From: Faecousia sp.
GTDB lineage: Bacteria > Bacillota > Clostridia > Oscillospirales > Oscillospiraceae
Direction of reading: 5' to 3'
DNA: 64,000 bases
NCBI GenBank assembly: GCA_045540575.1
Contig: JAZQHM010000005.1
Coordinates: forward strand, 7,210-71,209
Shown: positions 26,636-36,403 of the stretch, in pieces
How positions within the stretch are numbered: the stretch's first letter is position 1
How the letters are laid out: every line of letters begins with the position of its first letter
The notes under the pieces: generated by a model
Told to the model about the DNA's origin: nothing
What the model saw: only the letters and a program-made list of their open reading frames with translations
Database searches by the model: none
Made by a program: the position numbers and the translations under genes

Positions 26636-27190
26636 TTAGGATTCTTTTGTTTTTCCGGGATACGGAAGCAGTTTGACATTGATCAGCCATGCAATAAAAA
26701 CGCCGGCAATGGTCTGGAATGCGCGCAGCACAGAATAAATATAGCGCTCGTCATCCGCGTGAGAGACCATCAGAACGATCACATACACCGCAGCAAGACC
26801 GCAGAGTGTTTTGCATCCCACCATTTCAGCAACAATCAAGGCAATAAGCGTTGCCAGCAATATCAGCAGCAGTTCCACACCGATTCTCCCCCACTGAGGT
26901 TCTATCAGCCCTTGCAGAAAAATCTGCAGGGCGATCAGCGGCAGTGCAACAGCAATCGCCACAAACGTTGCGCGGATACGAAGCGTGCCAAGCTCCACCG
27001 TTTTTTCAGAGGTTGCGCGAATCTCGATAACACCGTAAATGTAAATGAAGATCGGATGCACCTCAAGCCCCGGGAAGAATACTCTCACCAGCTGCCAAAG
27101 CCAAAAGCCCACAAAAATCGCCAGCAGACTTTTCACCTTGCGAAGACCAACATGGGGCAAAGGAAACAGCTTGCCATTCTTTTTATCCAT
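26636..27190 (-). CDS. FUSC/aromatic-acid-exporter-like membrane protein
   Basis: PHVGLRKVKS start, multiple TM helices, R..QT.AGV.IAWLIN; start overlaps the MFS stop. Confidence 0.7.
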   Translation of the reverse strand: MDKKNGKLFPLPHVGLRKVKSLLAIFVGFWLWQLVRVFFPGLEVHPIFIYIYGVIEIRATSEKTVELGTLRIRATFVAIAVALPLIALQIFLQGLIEPQWGRIGVELLLILLATLIALIVAEMVGCKTLCGLAAVYVIVLMVSHADDERYIYSVLRAFQTIAGVFIAWLINVKLLPYPGKTKES

Positions 27191-28451
27191 TTTCAGCTTC
27201 CTCTTGCAGATACTTCTGCTTATCCTTTTCGCACATCCGGAACAGCACCAAAAATGCTGCCAGCAACACCACATCCATCACCGCAGCACCGTAGTAAACC
27301 GGCACATAGCTGCCAACTGAATCATACACAAAATTGATCAACGGTTCCGGAAGGAATCCACTTAGGGAAACTGCTGCAAAGAATGTGCCGAGCAGCGCAT
27401 CACTGGGGGCATAACCAAACAGCGTCCTGGTCAAGAGCGGCACCATAATGGTCCACATCACCAACCCCACGGCAAGCAACACCATGCTGACATAGCCGAT
27501 CAATGTACTCTTCGCCATTGCCATAAGAAGCTGACCTCCGGCAAGGCAAATCACGCAGATAACCGTCACTTTCTTTGCGCCGATCAGATCGCAAAGCTCA
27601 CCGCAGCCAAGCTTGGCAAAAGCAAGCACCAGCATCAAAACACTGTTGAACATTGCCGCATCCGTTGCCGAATACCCAATATCCTGAAAATAAGGAATGA
27701 CCGTACTGGAAGAAAGCTTCGCACAGAAAACCACCATAAAGATAGAAACAGTCATCAGATAGAACGTGGGCTTGCGGTACAGCTCCTTAACGGATCTGCC
27801 ATGCCAGTTTTCATGACTGGGATGCCTTTTTTCTTTTTGCTTTGGCTTCTGCCGCTCGCCATAGGGTTCAAGTCCCATCTGCTCCGGCTTGTCCCGCATA
27901 AACAGGTACAGAACGATCAGCAATCCAAAGAAGCCTGCCGTAGCGAAGCTTGCCATCCGCCAGTTATAGCTTTCCATGATTCCAGTCAGCAAAATGCTCA
28001 TCAAACTGCCGCCAAAGCCGGTGGCCATGGTAACAAATCCAAGGATCAACCCCTTATGGGCATGGAACCAGCGATCAACCGCCTTCACTGCGCCCTGGGT
28101 GTCCAGTGAACCAATTGCAACACCGTAGAGTGCCTGGCTAAACATCAGCATACCAAAGCTGTGGGAAATACCCCGCAAAATGCTGGACACCATGCAGATC
28201 GCCAGCGAGAAGATAACCGAGCGCTTGTATCCAAATTTACGGAATACATGGAATGCCACATAGGTAGAAACCGTACCCACCAGCGCTTTGACGCTGCTGG
28301 TAAGGGAATACGCACCTCTACCGATACCAAGATCCTCTACGATGGGTATGGTAAACACACCGATGGCATTGCCTATGCCGCCGTAGATGATCATTTCGGA
28401 AAACAGGATCGCCAGAATGATCCAATGGTAATTTTTCTTTATCGCTTTCAT
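27183..28451 (-). CDS. MFS transporter (OFA/MCT-like)
   Basis: About 12 TM segments, RWF..HKGL..G, DKPEQMGLEPYG and G.LCDLIGAK motifs. Confidence 0.9.
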   Translation of the reverse strand: MKAIKKNYHWIILAILFSEMIIYGGIGNAIGVFTIPIVEDLGIGRGAYSLTSSVKALVGTVSTYVAFHVFRKFGYKRSVIFSLAICMVSSILRGISHSFGMLMFSQALYGVAIGSLDTQGAVKAVDRWFHAHKGLILGFVTMATGFGGSLMSILLTGIMESYNWRMASFATAGFFGLLIVLYLFMRDKPEQMGLEPYGERQKPKQKEKRHPSHENWHGRSVKELYRKPTFYLMTVSIFMVVFCAKLSSSTVIPYFQDIGYSATDAAMFNSVLMLVLAFAKLGCGELCDLIGAKKVTVICVICLAGGQLLMAMAKSTLIGYVSMVLLAVGLVMWTIMVPLLTRTLFGYAPSDALLGTFFAAVSLSGFLPEPLINFVYDSVGSYVPVYYGAAVMDVVLLAAFLVLFRMCEKDKQKYLQEEAENG

Positions 28452-28460
28452 AGCTAAATT

Positions 28461-29975
28461 TTAATCCTCAAACAAATTCCGGATCTCCGTCAAAGTCTCA
28501 CGAACCAGCTGCTCGCCACCAATATGACCCACCTTACCGGAGGAAATGAAGGCGCTGTAATGACCACCCTTTTCTGCCTTTTCCGTGGGAAGATATCCCT
28601 CGTGACCGTTGGCGATCTGCACCAGGAAGGTCTGCTCGGCGGCGCTTCTTGCCCGGATCTGATTGCCATAGTCCAGGAACAGCTCAAAAGGATTGGTAGC
28701 AAAAGCAACCGTACCGAGTCGCATGATATGCACCTCGGTGGGAAGCACATCGTGCTGCTCCTGTACCTCCATGCGCTCCAGAAGACCCAGGTGGATCTGC
28801 AGATTGGCAACGGTATTGTAGTCCACATCACCCTCGGTGCTGCGGATGTATTCGCGAATGGCATTGCGGGCAGCCTCTGCCTCGGCAAGCGTACCGCGGC
28901 GCAAAGGCAACTGGCAATCCATGACGGTATGGGCAAATTCCACATCCGTCTGTACTTCATCCAGTCCGTCCTCGTAGACCTGAATGATCTCGTTGGCAAC
29001 ACGGCGACCGGCAAGGCGCATGCCCTGCAGATCAAACATAGAAGGATCTGCCTTGCGCTTGGGAGGATTGTTGCGATTGCAGTTGGGGTCATTCAAATCA
29101 CTGTCCGGCTCTACCCAACGCACCAGATCCACAGGGCACTGGTCACCTGCTGCAGAGCAAAGGGCAAGCAGATAAATATCCTCACCGAAATACTTGCGCA
29201 GGCGCACCTTCACCTCACCCCAATAGTCAGGAGAGATGAACAGCCGGTGCTGCACGCACTGGGCAGGACAGGCAACATTTGCCACGATGCCTGTCAGCTT
29301 CTTATTTTCGTCAAACATATACATCAGCTCGATACCGCTGTCATTACCGCCTTCCAGTTCACTGAACACGGCAGTGTTGGTATCGCCCCACATCTGAGCA
29401 GAGCCGTCAGAGTAAACTGCACGGCGGCACATACCAACCGCTGCACGACCGAAAGCGTTGGAGAAAGAGCCGGTCTTGCGGTTTTCCCAGGCTTCCAAAA
29501 TGGCAGCCGTTGTCTGGCTGGCTACCAGTTCGAACATCTCCGCGCCGGTAGCGATCTCGGGATTTTCGCTGATATTTACCTTTTCCACATACTTCCGTCC
29601 GGCAGGCAGCTCGTTGATCAGCCACTGACGGTAGGTAGCCGCACCGGCTGTCTTTCCATCTGTCAGGCGGCTGGTTCTGGGAACCGTGGGGGCGGTGTGG
29701 GTATGGATGGAGGCAAGGATGATCTTCATGGGGTCGATTTCCTTGTTGGCTTCCGCAATACGCTTGCGAACTTCCTTGACCACATTCCAGCCTGCAGCCA
29801 GCAGATCCTCACTGCACAGGATCATCTGCTCGCCGTCAGACTCCACTACCATACAGGTAACCGTAACAGGCTTTTCTACATACTCAGAAATACGCTCGGC
29901 AAACTGACCGGCAAGAGAAGCCTTCTTTTCGGGGGTAATGCTTTTTTCCGACCAGCCGATTTTTAATGTACCCAT
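28461..29975 (-). CDS. Neutral/alkaline ceramidase-fold putative amidohydrolase
   Basis: KIGW...ITP, SIHTHTAP, ISPDYWG and NPFELF..YG..GYLPT motifs. Confidence 0.65.
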   Translation of the reverse strand: MGTLKIGWSEKSITPEKKASLAGQFAERISEYVEKPVTVTCMVVESDGEQMILCSEDLLAAGWNVVKEVRKRIAEANKEIDPMKIILASIHTHTAPTVPRTSRLTDGKTAGAATYRQWLINELPAGRKYVEKVNISENPEIATGAEMFELVASQTTAAILEAWENRKTGSFSNAFGRAAVGMCRRAVYSDGSAQMWGDTNTAVFSELEGGNDSGIELMYMFDENKKLTGIVANVACPAQCVQHRLFISPDYWGEVKVRLRKYFGEDIYLLALCSAAGDQCPVDLVRWVEPDSDLNDPNCNRNNPPKRKADPSMFDLQGMRLAGRRVANEIIQVYEDGLDEVQTDVEFAHTVMDCQLPLRRGTLAEAEAARNAIREYIRSTEGDVDYNTVANLQIHLGLLERMEVQEQHDVLPTEVHIMRLGTVAFATNPFELFLDYGNQIRARSAAEQTFLVQIANGHEGYLPTEKAEKGGHYSAFISSGKVGHIGGEQLVRETLTEIRNLFED

Positions 29976-29988
29976 CCTGTTCTCTCCT

Positions 29989-31302
29989 TTATTTCATCAG
30001 GTCGTAAGCCATGCCGCAGAATACCTTGACGGCTTTAGTCATATAGCTTTCATCAAAATCAAACTTGCGATTATGAGCACCGGCAGCAAGGGGGCTGCGG
30101 GTACGCATAAAGGTCGCCTGTCCGCCATGGGACTGGACCCGGTTGACCATATAAGAGAAGTCCTCGCTGCCGCCCAGTTTAATGCTCAAGTTACTGGACG
30201 CTTTCAAACCAAGATGATTGTTGCAAACATCTGCGATCCGCTGGCACAGGGGCAGATCGCTTACCAAAGACTCTGCAGCGCCCATGAGCTTTACTTCCAC
30301 GGTGCAGCCATGCATAGCAGCGCAGTTTTCCAGAACGCGCAAAGCATACTCGCTGACATACTCGTTAATGGCAGTGGTATCGCCACGGACCTCCATTTCC
30401 ATGAATGCTTCATCCGCAATGACATTTCTGCCGCTGCCGGCAATAAGCCGACCCACATTGATGCGGCTTGCGCCTGCACCGTGGCGGGGAATGGCATACA
30501 GATTCACAACTGCGGAGGATGCTGCAAGCAGCGCATTCTTACCCAGATGGGGGCTGCCGCCGGCATGGGCCGCCAAACCGCGGAAGGTAACATCGTACTT
30601 AAAAGATGCCAAAGAGCCGTGGGAGCCGGGGGTAATGTCGCTGCCCTCTGCATCCACTCCGGTGGTGTGGCTGCCAAGCAGATAGTCCACATCGTCCAAA
30701 TGACCGTTGGCAACGATGGACTTTGCGCCGCGGACACCCTCTTCGCTGGGCTGGAAGATCAGCTTAACAGTGCCGTGAAGCTGGTCCTTGATTGCCATCA
30801 GCACCTCCGCAACGCCCAAGCCGGAAACGCCGTGACCATCGTGACCGCAGGCGTGCATCGTGCCGGCATTGATGGAGGCGAAGCCTTCCTTTGCGGGAAG
30901 GTGGTCTTCCTCCGTAGACTCAATGACACCCAGTGCGTCAATATCAAAGCGCATTGCAACAGTAGGACCCTCACCGCAGCGCAGAATGCCGATGACACCG
31001 GTCATGCCACCCTCGGTAGCCTTGACAAACTCGGGGTCCGCCCCCTGATCAATGGCACGCTGATAAGCCATCGCCAGCACCTCGTCAGAGGGCACACCCA
31101 TGCGCTCTTCCCTCTTGCAGACCTGCTCGCCGGTAAGGACCTCGTAGCCCAGCTCTGTCAGCTTGCGGGCAATGATGGAGGAAGTGCGCATCTCGGTCCA
31201 GCCGGACTCCGCATGCTTATGAAAATCTCTGCGCTGAGCCACCATTGCAGGTGTGATTCTTTCAGCCTTTTCGATAATTGTCTGATAAACATTCATTTCC
31301 AT
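29989..31302 (-). CDS. M20D amidohydrolase (AbgA-like)
   Basis: RRDFHKHAESGWTE, RFDIDAL, MHACGHDGH, FQPSEEGVRGA and GGSEDF motifs. Confidence 0.9.
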   Translation of the reverse strand: MEMNVYQTIIEKAERITPAMVAQRRDFHKHAESGWTEMRTSSIIARKLTELGYEVLTGEQVCKREERMGVPSDEVLAMAYQRAIDQGADPEFVKATEGGMTGVIGILRCGEGPTVAMRFDIDALGVIESTEEDHLPAKEGFASINAGTMHACGHDGHGVSGLGVAEVLMAIKDQLHGTVKLIFQPSEEGVRGAKSIVANGHLDDVDYLLGSHTTGVDAEGSDITPGSHGSLASFKYDVTFRGLAAHAGGSPHLGKNALLAASSAVVNLYAIPRHGAGASRINVGRLIAGSGRNVIADEAFMEMEVRGDTTAINEYVSEYALRVLENCAAMHGCTVEVKLMGAAESLVSDLPLCQRIADVCNNHLGLKASSNLSIKLGGSEDFSYMVNRVQSHGGQATFMRTRSPLAAGAHNRKFDFDESYMTKAVKVFCGMAYDLMK

Positions 31303-31307
31303 TCACC

Positions 31308-32603
31308 TCAAAAACGGATATAACCCACTCCGTCTACGATTTCAATTTCCGTGCCGTAGGGCTTAGAAAGATCTGCAAGATACTGCAACGTCTTTTCGCT
31401 CTTGTTCATAACGGGCTTACCCTTCTGAGCACGGGATCTTTCCATGTTCAGCGTCACGGGGTACAGCTGCACCTCGGTGATCTTGCCGTCTTCCATGGTC
31501 CAGGCAGCCATAACGGAGTTCCAGATCTCCCATAGAGTGCCATAGCCGGCAGTACCGTTCTTGCTGCGGCGGTCCATATACTCGCCAACCTTCATATCCA
31601 CGGGGAAGTTCTTATTCGCATAAGCATCCCAGGGCTGATACTCTACGGTCTCGGTCTCGAAAATGTAGTTGCCGATGGAATAGAAGATCAGACCGTCCTT
31701 ATACTTTTCAATACCCTGCAGCTCGTGAGGACCGTGACCGATGACAACATCCGCACCGGCATCAATACAGTTACGGGCAAAAGTCTCGATAAACTGAGAA
31801 GGTAGGTTTGTTGTGCGCTCGTCATAGTGGTGGCTGTGGATACTGACCAGCACGATGTCCGCCTGCTTTCTGGCTTCCTTGATCATCTTCTCCATTCGTT
31901 CCATGTCGCCTGCGTGAGGAACAGACTCCACCCAGTTGTGATCGTCCAGAATAAAGCGACTGGTACCAAAGGGGAATTGTCCTTCGGGGTAAGGGGCGGT
32001 GTAGCCCAGCTCAATGCTGCGCTCGGTGGCTGCGTTGACCTTGGTGATCTCCGCCAGCTCCTTGACCATGTCATAGTGCGCCTGATCCACATGGAAGCGC
32101 TTTAAGCAGCGCATAGGATTTGCGCCGGGACGACCGGGCAGATCCTCGGTCTGCGCACCTGCTCTGGCAGAATCGTTGCCGGAGGAATTGCAGGCAATCA
32201 TGGCAACACGGGCATGTTTGGTCTCCAAGTAACAGGGCTTGGAAGCGTCGCCTAAGTCCTTACCGGTACCGGCAAAGACCATATCCCGCTTCTTCAAATG
32301 CTCAATGGTAGCCAAAACACCGCTTTGGCTATAGTCGCAGGAGTGGTTGTTGGCGGTGTTGAAAAGATTGAAGCCGTATTCCTTCATATCGTCTAAGATA
32401 CGGGGATCGGACATTGCCCAGGTACCGCCGCTAAGGGCAGAGGGAATACCCTCCCTGTCATGGAAGGTAGATTCCAAATTCAAAAATGCCACATCGTGTT
32501 TTTTTACGCATGCCTGAATTTCAGCAAAGCCCTCATAGCCATCCTTGGGCAATCTCCGGGTGGCGAATGCGTCACCGCAAGCAATAAATGTGGTTTTTGC
32601 CAT
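31308..32603 (-). CDS. CapA/PgsA-family metallophosphoesterase-fold protein, cytoplasmic
   Basis: CGD, NLE, ANNHSCDY, SIHSH, IGHGPH and YSIGNYIF motifs; no TM or signal peptide. Confidence 0.85.
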   Translation of the reverse strand: MAKTTFIACGDAFATRRLPKDGYEGFAEIQACVKKHDVAFLNLESTFHDREGIPSALSGGTWAMSDPRILDDMKEYGFNLFNTANNHSCDYSQSGVLATIEHLKKRDMVFAGTGKDLGDASKPCYLETKHARVAMIACNSSGNDSARAGAQTEDLPGRPGANPMRCLKRFHVDQAHYDMVKELAEITKVNAATERSIELGYTAPYPEGQFPFGTSRFILDDHNWVESVPHAGDMERMEKMIKEARKQADIVLVSIHSHHYDERTTNLPSQFIETFARNCIDAGADVVIGHGPHELQGIEKYKDGLIFYSIGNYIFETETVEYQPWDAYANKNFPVDMKVGEYMDRRSKNGTAGYGTLWEIWNSVMAAWTMEDGKITEVQLYPVTLNMERSRAQKGKPVMNKSEKTLQYLADLSKPYGTEIEIVDGVGYIRF

Positions 32604-32618
32604 GATTTTTTACCTCTC

Positions 32619-33200
32619 TTATTCAAAAATCATTGTGCCGAAGCACTCGGGACGGTGGAAAGAAAACTTCTTATCATCGATAAGACTCCAGGAAAGGAAA
32701 TGTCTGACCTGGGTGCGCTCAGCGCAGGAATAGCAGTTTGCCTTGATCTTCTTGCCGGAATAGACCTTAAAATCCGGGAAGAAACGGCGGATGATGGTAT
32801 AGGGCACCTTGTAGTCAATATAGAAACCCTTTTCCGTCCGAACGGAACGGAAGTTCATGGTCTCCGCAGGATTTGCGATGGTAAAACGGGTCAAGCCGTT
32901 GCTGTCACCCATGCAGAAGGTCAGGCAGCCACCGATGTTGAATTCGATGTTAAAGTAACGGTTATCCCCTTCCATGGGGCTGAAGAAAAATTCCAAGCAG
33001 CTATCCACACAGGGGCGACCCAAGGGACCCTGCTCCACATTGCGGATCTCCGGAGCGTCCAGCTCCATGTGAACCAGCAGTTCTTCGTCGTTATACGCGA
33101 TTGCGGCACGGGACGCAACATTGTCCTGAGTTTCGTGATAGCGGTTCTTCATTTCCAGCACATTACGCTCTGTGCCCTCTTTTTTGATGATGTACTCCAT
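32619..33200 (-). CDS. CBM9-like carbohydrate-binding protein
   Basis: DSCLEFFF..YFNIEFN..G and ANCY.C..FH.PE.FG family motifs; AGGAG RBS. Confidence 0.75.
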   Translation of the reverse strand: MEYIIKKEGTERNVLEMKNRYHETQDNVASRAAIAYNDEELLVHMELDAPEIRNVEQGPLGRPCVDSCLEFFFSPMEGDNRYFNIEFNIGGCLTFCMGDSNGLTRFTIANPAETMNFRSVRTEKGFYIDYKVPYTIIRRFFPDFKVYSGKKIKANCYSCAERTQVRHFLSWSLIDDKKFSFHRPECFGTMIFE

Positions 33201-33234
33201 ATTTTTTCTCTCCTTTGCTTCTAAAACGACTTGC

Positions 33235-33265
33235 AGGGCAGCACCGCTACGCACGATGCTGCCCT
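33235..33265 (-). other. Intra-operonic stem-loop
   Basis: Minus strand AGGGCAGCATCG-loop-CGGTGCTGCCCT (the G-U pair works only on the minus-strand RNA); no adjacent U-tract. Confidence 0.55.
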
Positions 33266-33274
33266 ATTCAGAAA

Positions 33275-34063
33275 TCAAATATCTTTGCCGTAGGCTTCCA
33301 GCTGGGTCAGTGCGGGGAACGGAGAATCGTCATCCGCCTTGATCAACTTATCAAAGGTCAGCCACTGCACATTTCTTGGTGCAATGTGGAAGGTCTGAGC
33401 CTTGTCGGTCTTGACAAACTTCAGCACCTCGGTGCTGCCGTCAGAAAATGTTACTGTACCCTCGGTCCAGTAAGAATCGTGGGGGAAATCTGCGCGCAGA
33501 GTGATCTTCAGCATGTCAATGCTGACAGCTCTGCCAAAATCGATCTTGATCTGTGCATTGGGATCCCGGTTGATGCCCCAGGATGCATAGGGCCAAAGAC
33601 CATGGCTGTGGTTTGCCCGAATACCGTCAATGGCATTCTTGGCAGCAAACACAGACTCGCCTCTGGTTTCCACATTGGCGCTGGCATGGGGATAGCAGCC
33701 GGTATCGGCATGCTGATCGTTCACATTCACCGCCAGATTCCGGTACATCTTCACTTCATCCTCGTCCGCAACCCGGGCATACAGATAATGCTTCTGACCG
33801 GAGAAGGTCTTGGGAGAATAGACATTTTTCTTCTCGCCAAAGGGGATCTGATAAGTAATATCCTTGGTGACATAGTTCATGGCACAACCAAGCGCATCAT
33901 CCACCTGCCAAACGATATGGATATTCTTCTCAGAAGTCGTTAACACGATACGGTCGCCCTCGGCATATTCGCCGCGGTAGCAAAGTTCAACGCCCTGCGT
34001 GTCCTTAGCTTCTGCAAGGACTTCGCCGGCTGCGTTTTCAATTCTTAAGCTAATTTCAACCAT
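33275..34063 (-). CDS. Carbohydrate-binding (discoidin/F5-8-like) protein
   Basis: ANVETRGESVFAAKNAIDG..HG.WPY.SWG, IDFGR, LRADFPHD and FPALTQLEAYG motifs. Confidence 0.7.
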   Translation of the reverse strand: MVEISLRIENAAGEVLAEAKDTQGVELCYRGEYAEGDRIVLTTSEKNIHIVWQVDDALGCAMNYVTKDITYQIPFGEKKNVYSPKTFSGQKHYLYARVADEDEVKMYRNLAVNVNDQHADTGCYPHASANVETRGESVFAAKNAIDGIRANHSHGLWPYASWGINRDPNAQIKIDFGRAVSIDMLKITLRADFPHDSYWTEGTVTFSDGSTEVLKFVKTDKAQTFHIAPRNVQWLTFDKLIKADDDSPFPALTQLEAYGKDI

Positions 34064-34076
34064 GTCAATCCCTCTT

Positions 34077-34874
34077 TTAAGGCTGCTTGCCGATATAGGC
34101 GAGGATGCCGCCGTCGACATACAGAATATGACCGTTCACGAAATTGGATGCATCGGAAGCAAGGAACACGGCAGGACCCTGCAGGTCTTCCGTAGTACCC
34201 CAGCGACCGGCAGGGGTCTTGCTGACGATGAACTGATCGAAAGGATGACGGCTGCCGTCTGCCTGGCGCTCACGCAGAGGCGCGGTCTGGGGAGTGGCAA
34301 TGTAGCCGGGTCCAATGCCGTTGCACTGGATGTTGGCTTCGCCGTACTCAGAGCAGATGTTGCGGGTCAGCATCTTCAAGCCGCCCTTGGCTGCTGCATA
34401 TGCAGAAACGGTCTCACGACCAAGCTCACTCATCATGGAGCAGATGTTGATGATCTTGCCATGACCCTTCTTGATCATGCCGGGGATAACTGCCTTGGAA
34501 ACGATAAAGGGCGCGTTCAGATCCACATCGACCACCTGACGGAACTCAGCCGCGGTCATTTCGCACATGGGAATGCGCTTAATGATACCGGCATTGTTGA
34601 CTAGAATGTCGATGACACCGACTTCTTCCTCGATCTGCTTGACCATTGCATTGACAGCGTCTTCATCACAGACGTTGCAGACATAGCCCTTGGCATCAAT
34701 GCCCAGCTCCTTGTAGGCAGCCAGACCCTTTTCAACCAGCTCGGGCTTGATGTCGTTAAAAACGATCTTAGCGCCGGCATTTGCGTAGGCGGTGGCGATA
34801 GCGAAGCCGATACCGTAGCTTGCGCCGGTGATGAGAGCTACCTTGCCCTCAAGGGAAAAAGCCTTCATATCCAT
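34077..34874 (-). CDS. kduD: 2-deoxy-D-gluconate 3-dehydrogenase / gluconate 5-dehydrogenase (SDR)
   Basis: TGASYGIG, NNAGII and YAAAKGG motifs; directly downstream of kduI. Confidence 0.85.
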   Translation of the reverse strand: MDMKAFSLEGKVALITGASYGIGFAIATAYANAGAKIVFNDIKPELVEKGLAAYKELGIDAKGYVCNVCDEDAVNAMVKQIEEEVGVIDILVNNAGIIKRIPMCEMTAAEFRQVVDVDLNAPFIVSKAVIPGMIKKGHGKIINICSMMSELGRETVSAYAAAKGGLKMLTRNICSEYGEANIQCNGIGPGYIATPQTAPLRERQADGSRHPFDQFIVSKTPAGRWGTTEDLQGPAVFLASDASNFVNGHILYVDGGILAYIGKQP

Positions 34875-34887
34875 TGTTATTTCCTCC

Positions 34888-35730
34888 TTAGCGAAGATCT
34901 GTGGTCTTAATATTGTCCATATCGTCAAATGCCTGGTTCTCACCGCCCATAGCCCAGATGAAGGTATAGTTGCTGGTGCCGGCACCGGCATGGATGGACC
35001 AGGAGGGGCTGATAACAGCCTGCTCGTTCTGCATGACGATGTGACGGGTCTCATTACCCTCGCCCATCATGTGGAAGACCACATTGTTCTCGGGGACTTC
35101 GAAGTACATATAGACCTCCATGCGGCGCTCGTGGGTATGGGCGGGCATGGTGTTCCAAACGCTGCCGGGCTCCAGAACGGTCATACCCATGCTCAGCTGG
35201 CAGGTAGGCAGAACGTCGGGGTGGATGAACTGGTTGATAACGCGCTTGTTGCTGGTCTCCAGTGCGCCAAGAGGACGCTTGGCTGCATCTTCAATCTTCA
35301 ACAGACGGGTCTCGTAAGCACGGTGAGCAGGAGCGCTGACCATATAGAACTTGGCAGGAGCAGCTGCATCGCAGGATGCAAACAGCACTTCCTTGGTGCC
35401 CTGGGTGATGTACAGGCAGTCCTTATAGCCCAGCTCGTACTTCACACCGTCAGCAGTGATGGTGCCTGCACCACCGATATTGAAGATACCGATCTCACGG
35501 CGCTCCAGGAAGTAATGGGTGCCGAAATTTGCCCAAACATCGATACCCTTGTCGATGCTGACCACTTCGGTGGTGGGCATGCAGCCCAATGTCACCATGC
35601 GGTCTACATGGCTGTAAACAGCGGTAACTTCGTTGGCAACATACAGATTCTCGATGAGGAACTCATTGCGGGTCTCCTCGGTGGTGTAGCGCTTAAAGTC
35701 GCGCTGGTTGCAAGAATAGCGAATGTCCAT
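34888..35730 (-). CDS. kduI: 5-dehydro-4-deoxy-D-glucuronate isomerase
   Basis: YSHVDR, FLERREIG, WNTMPAHTHERRME and SPSWSIH motifs. Confidence 0.97.
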   Translation of the reverse strand: MDIRYSCNQRDFKRYTTEETRNEFLIENLYVANEVTAVYSHVDRMVTLGCMPTTEVVSIDKGIDVWANFGTHYFLERREIGIFNIGGAGTITADGVKYELGYKDCLYITQGTKEVLFASCDAAAPAKFYMVSAPAHRAYETRLLKIEDAAKRPLGALETSNKRVINQFIHPDVLPTCQLSMGMTVLEPGSVWNTMPAHTHERRMEVYMYFEVPENNVVFHMMGEGNETRHIVMQNEQAVISPSWSIHAGAGTSNYTFIWAMGGENQAFDDMDNIKTTDLR

Positions 35731-35747
35731 AGTTCAGTTCTCCTTTT

Positions 35748-36383
35748 TTAAACAGATTCAATCTCTGTATTTTCCGTTGTTGCAGCTTCCACCTGCTCAA
35801 AGACCTTGCCGTAAAGCTTCGGGCGGATGTAGCCGGATAAGACCGGACCGATAATCATGGCATAGGGAAGAATTTGCACGCTCAAAGCCGCCAGCACAAT
35901 AGGAATAATCACAACCGCCAGCATAACGATGGTCGGTCCAATATGTACGATGCAGAAAGAGAACGCGTACTTCATGGTCTGAAATGCCGTATGGTTGTAC
36001 CTCGACAGCAGAACAAAGCCCCACGACATATTCAGCACCAACAGCAGCGCAGCCGCGAAGGTGGCTACCATCATAATGCTGTTCATGCCGGTTTCCTGGT
36101 GCTGTAAAAAGTAGAAGTCATACATAAGAAAAAACGCAACGCCGAAATAAACGATTCCCATGACCGTTCCCTGTTTAAAGTTTTCTTTAAAGGAATGGAA
36201 GAAATCTCTGGTAATGGCGCCCTCTTCCTCACGGCTGATCTTCAGCAGCACATATTCCAGTGCCGTAAAGCCCGCACCGGCTGTGATAACAGGGATGCAG
36301 CAGGCAACTGCAAGGATGTGCGCATACAAAATATAGCAAAGCTTGGTAAGCTTTTGCGTAACTGGTCCGTTAAAACGAAACAT
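35748..36383 (-). CDS. YesL/DUF624 membrane protein
   Basis: CIPVITAGA..AL and FFHSFKENFKQ motifs; several TM helices. Confidence 0.85.
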   Translation of the reverse strand: MFRFNGPVTQKLTKLCYILYAHILAVACCIPVITAGAGFTALEYVLLKISREEEGAITRDFFHSFKENFKQGTVMGIVYFGVAFFLMYDFYFLQHQETGMNSIMMVATFAAALLLVLNMSWGFVLLSRYNHTAFQTMKYAFSFCIVHIGPTIVMLAVVIIPIVLAALSVQILPYAMIIGPVLSGYIRPKLYGKVFEQVEAATTENTEIESV

Positions 36384-36403
36384 AGCAGATTATCCTCATA
36401 AAA

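Noticed and set aside
31308-32603. Poly-gamma-glutamate capsule locus
   Set aside because: Only a soluble CapA-fold gene is present; capB and capC are absent.
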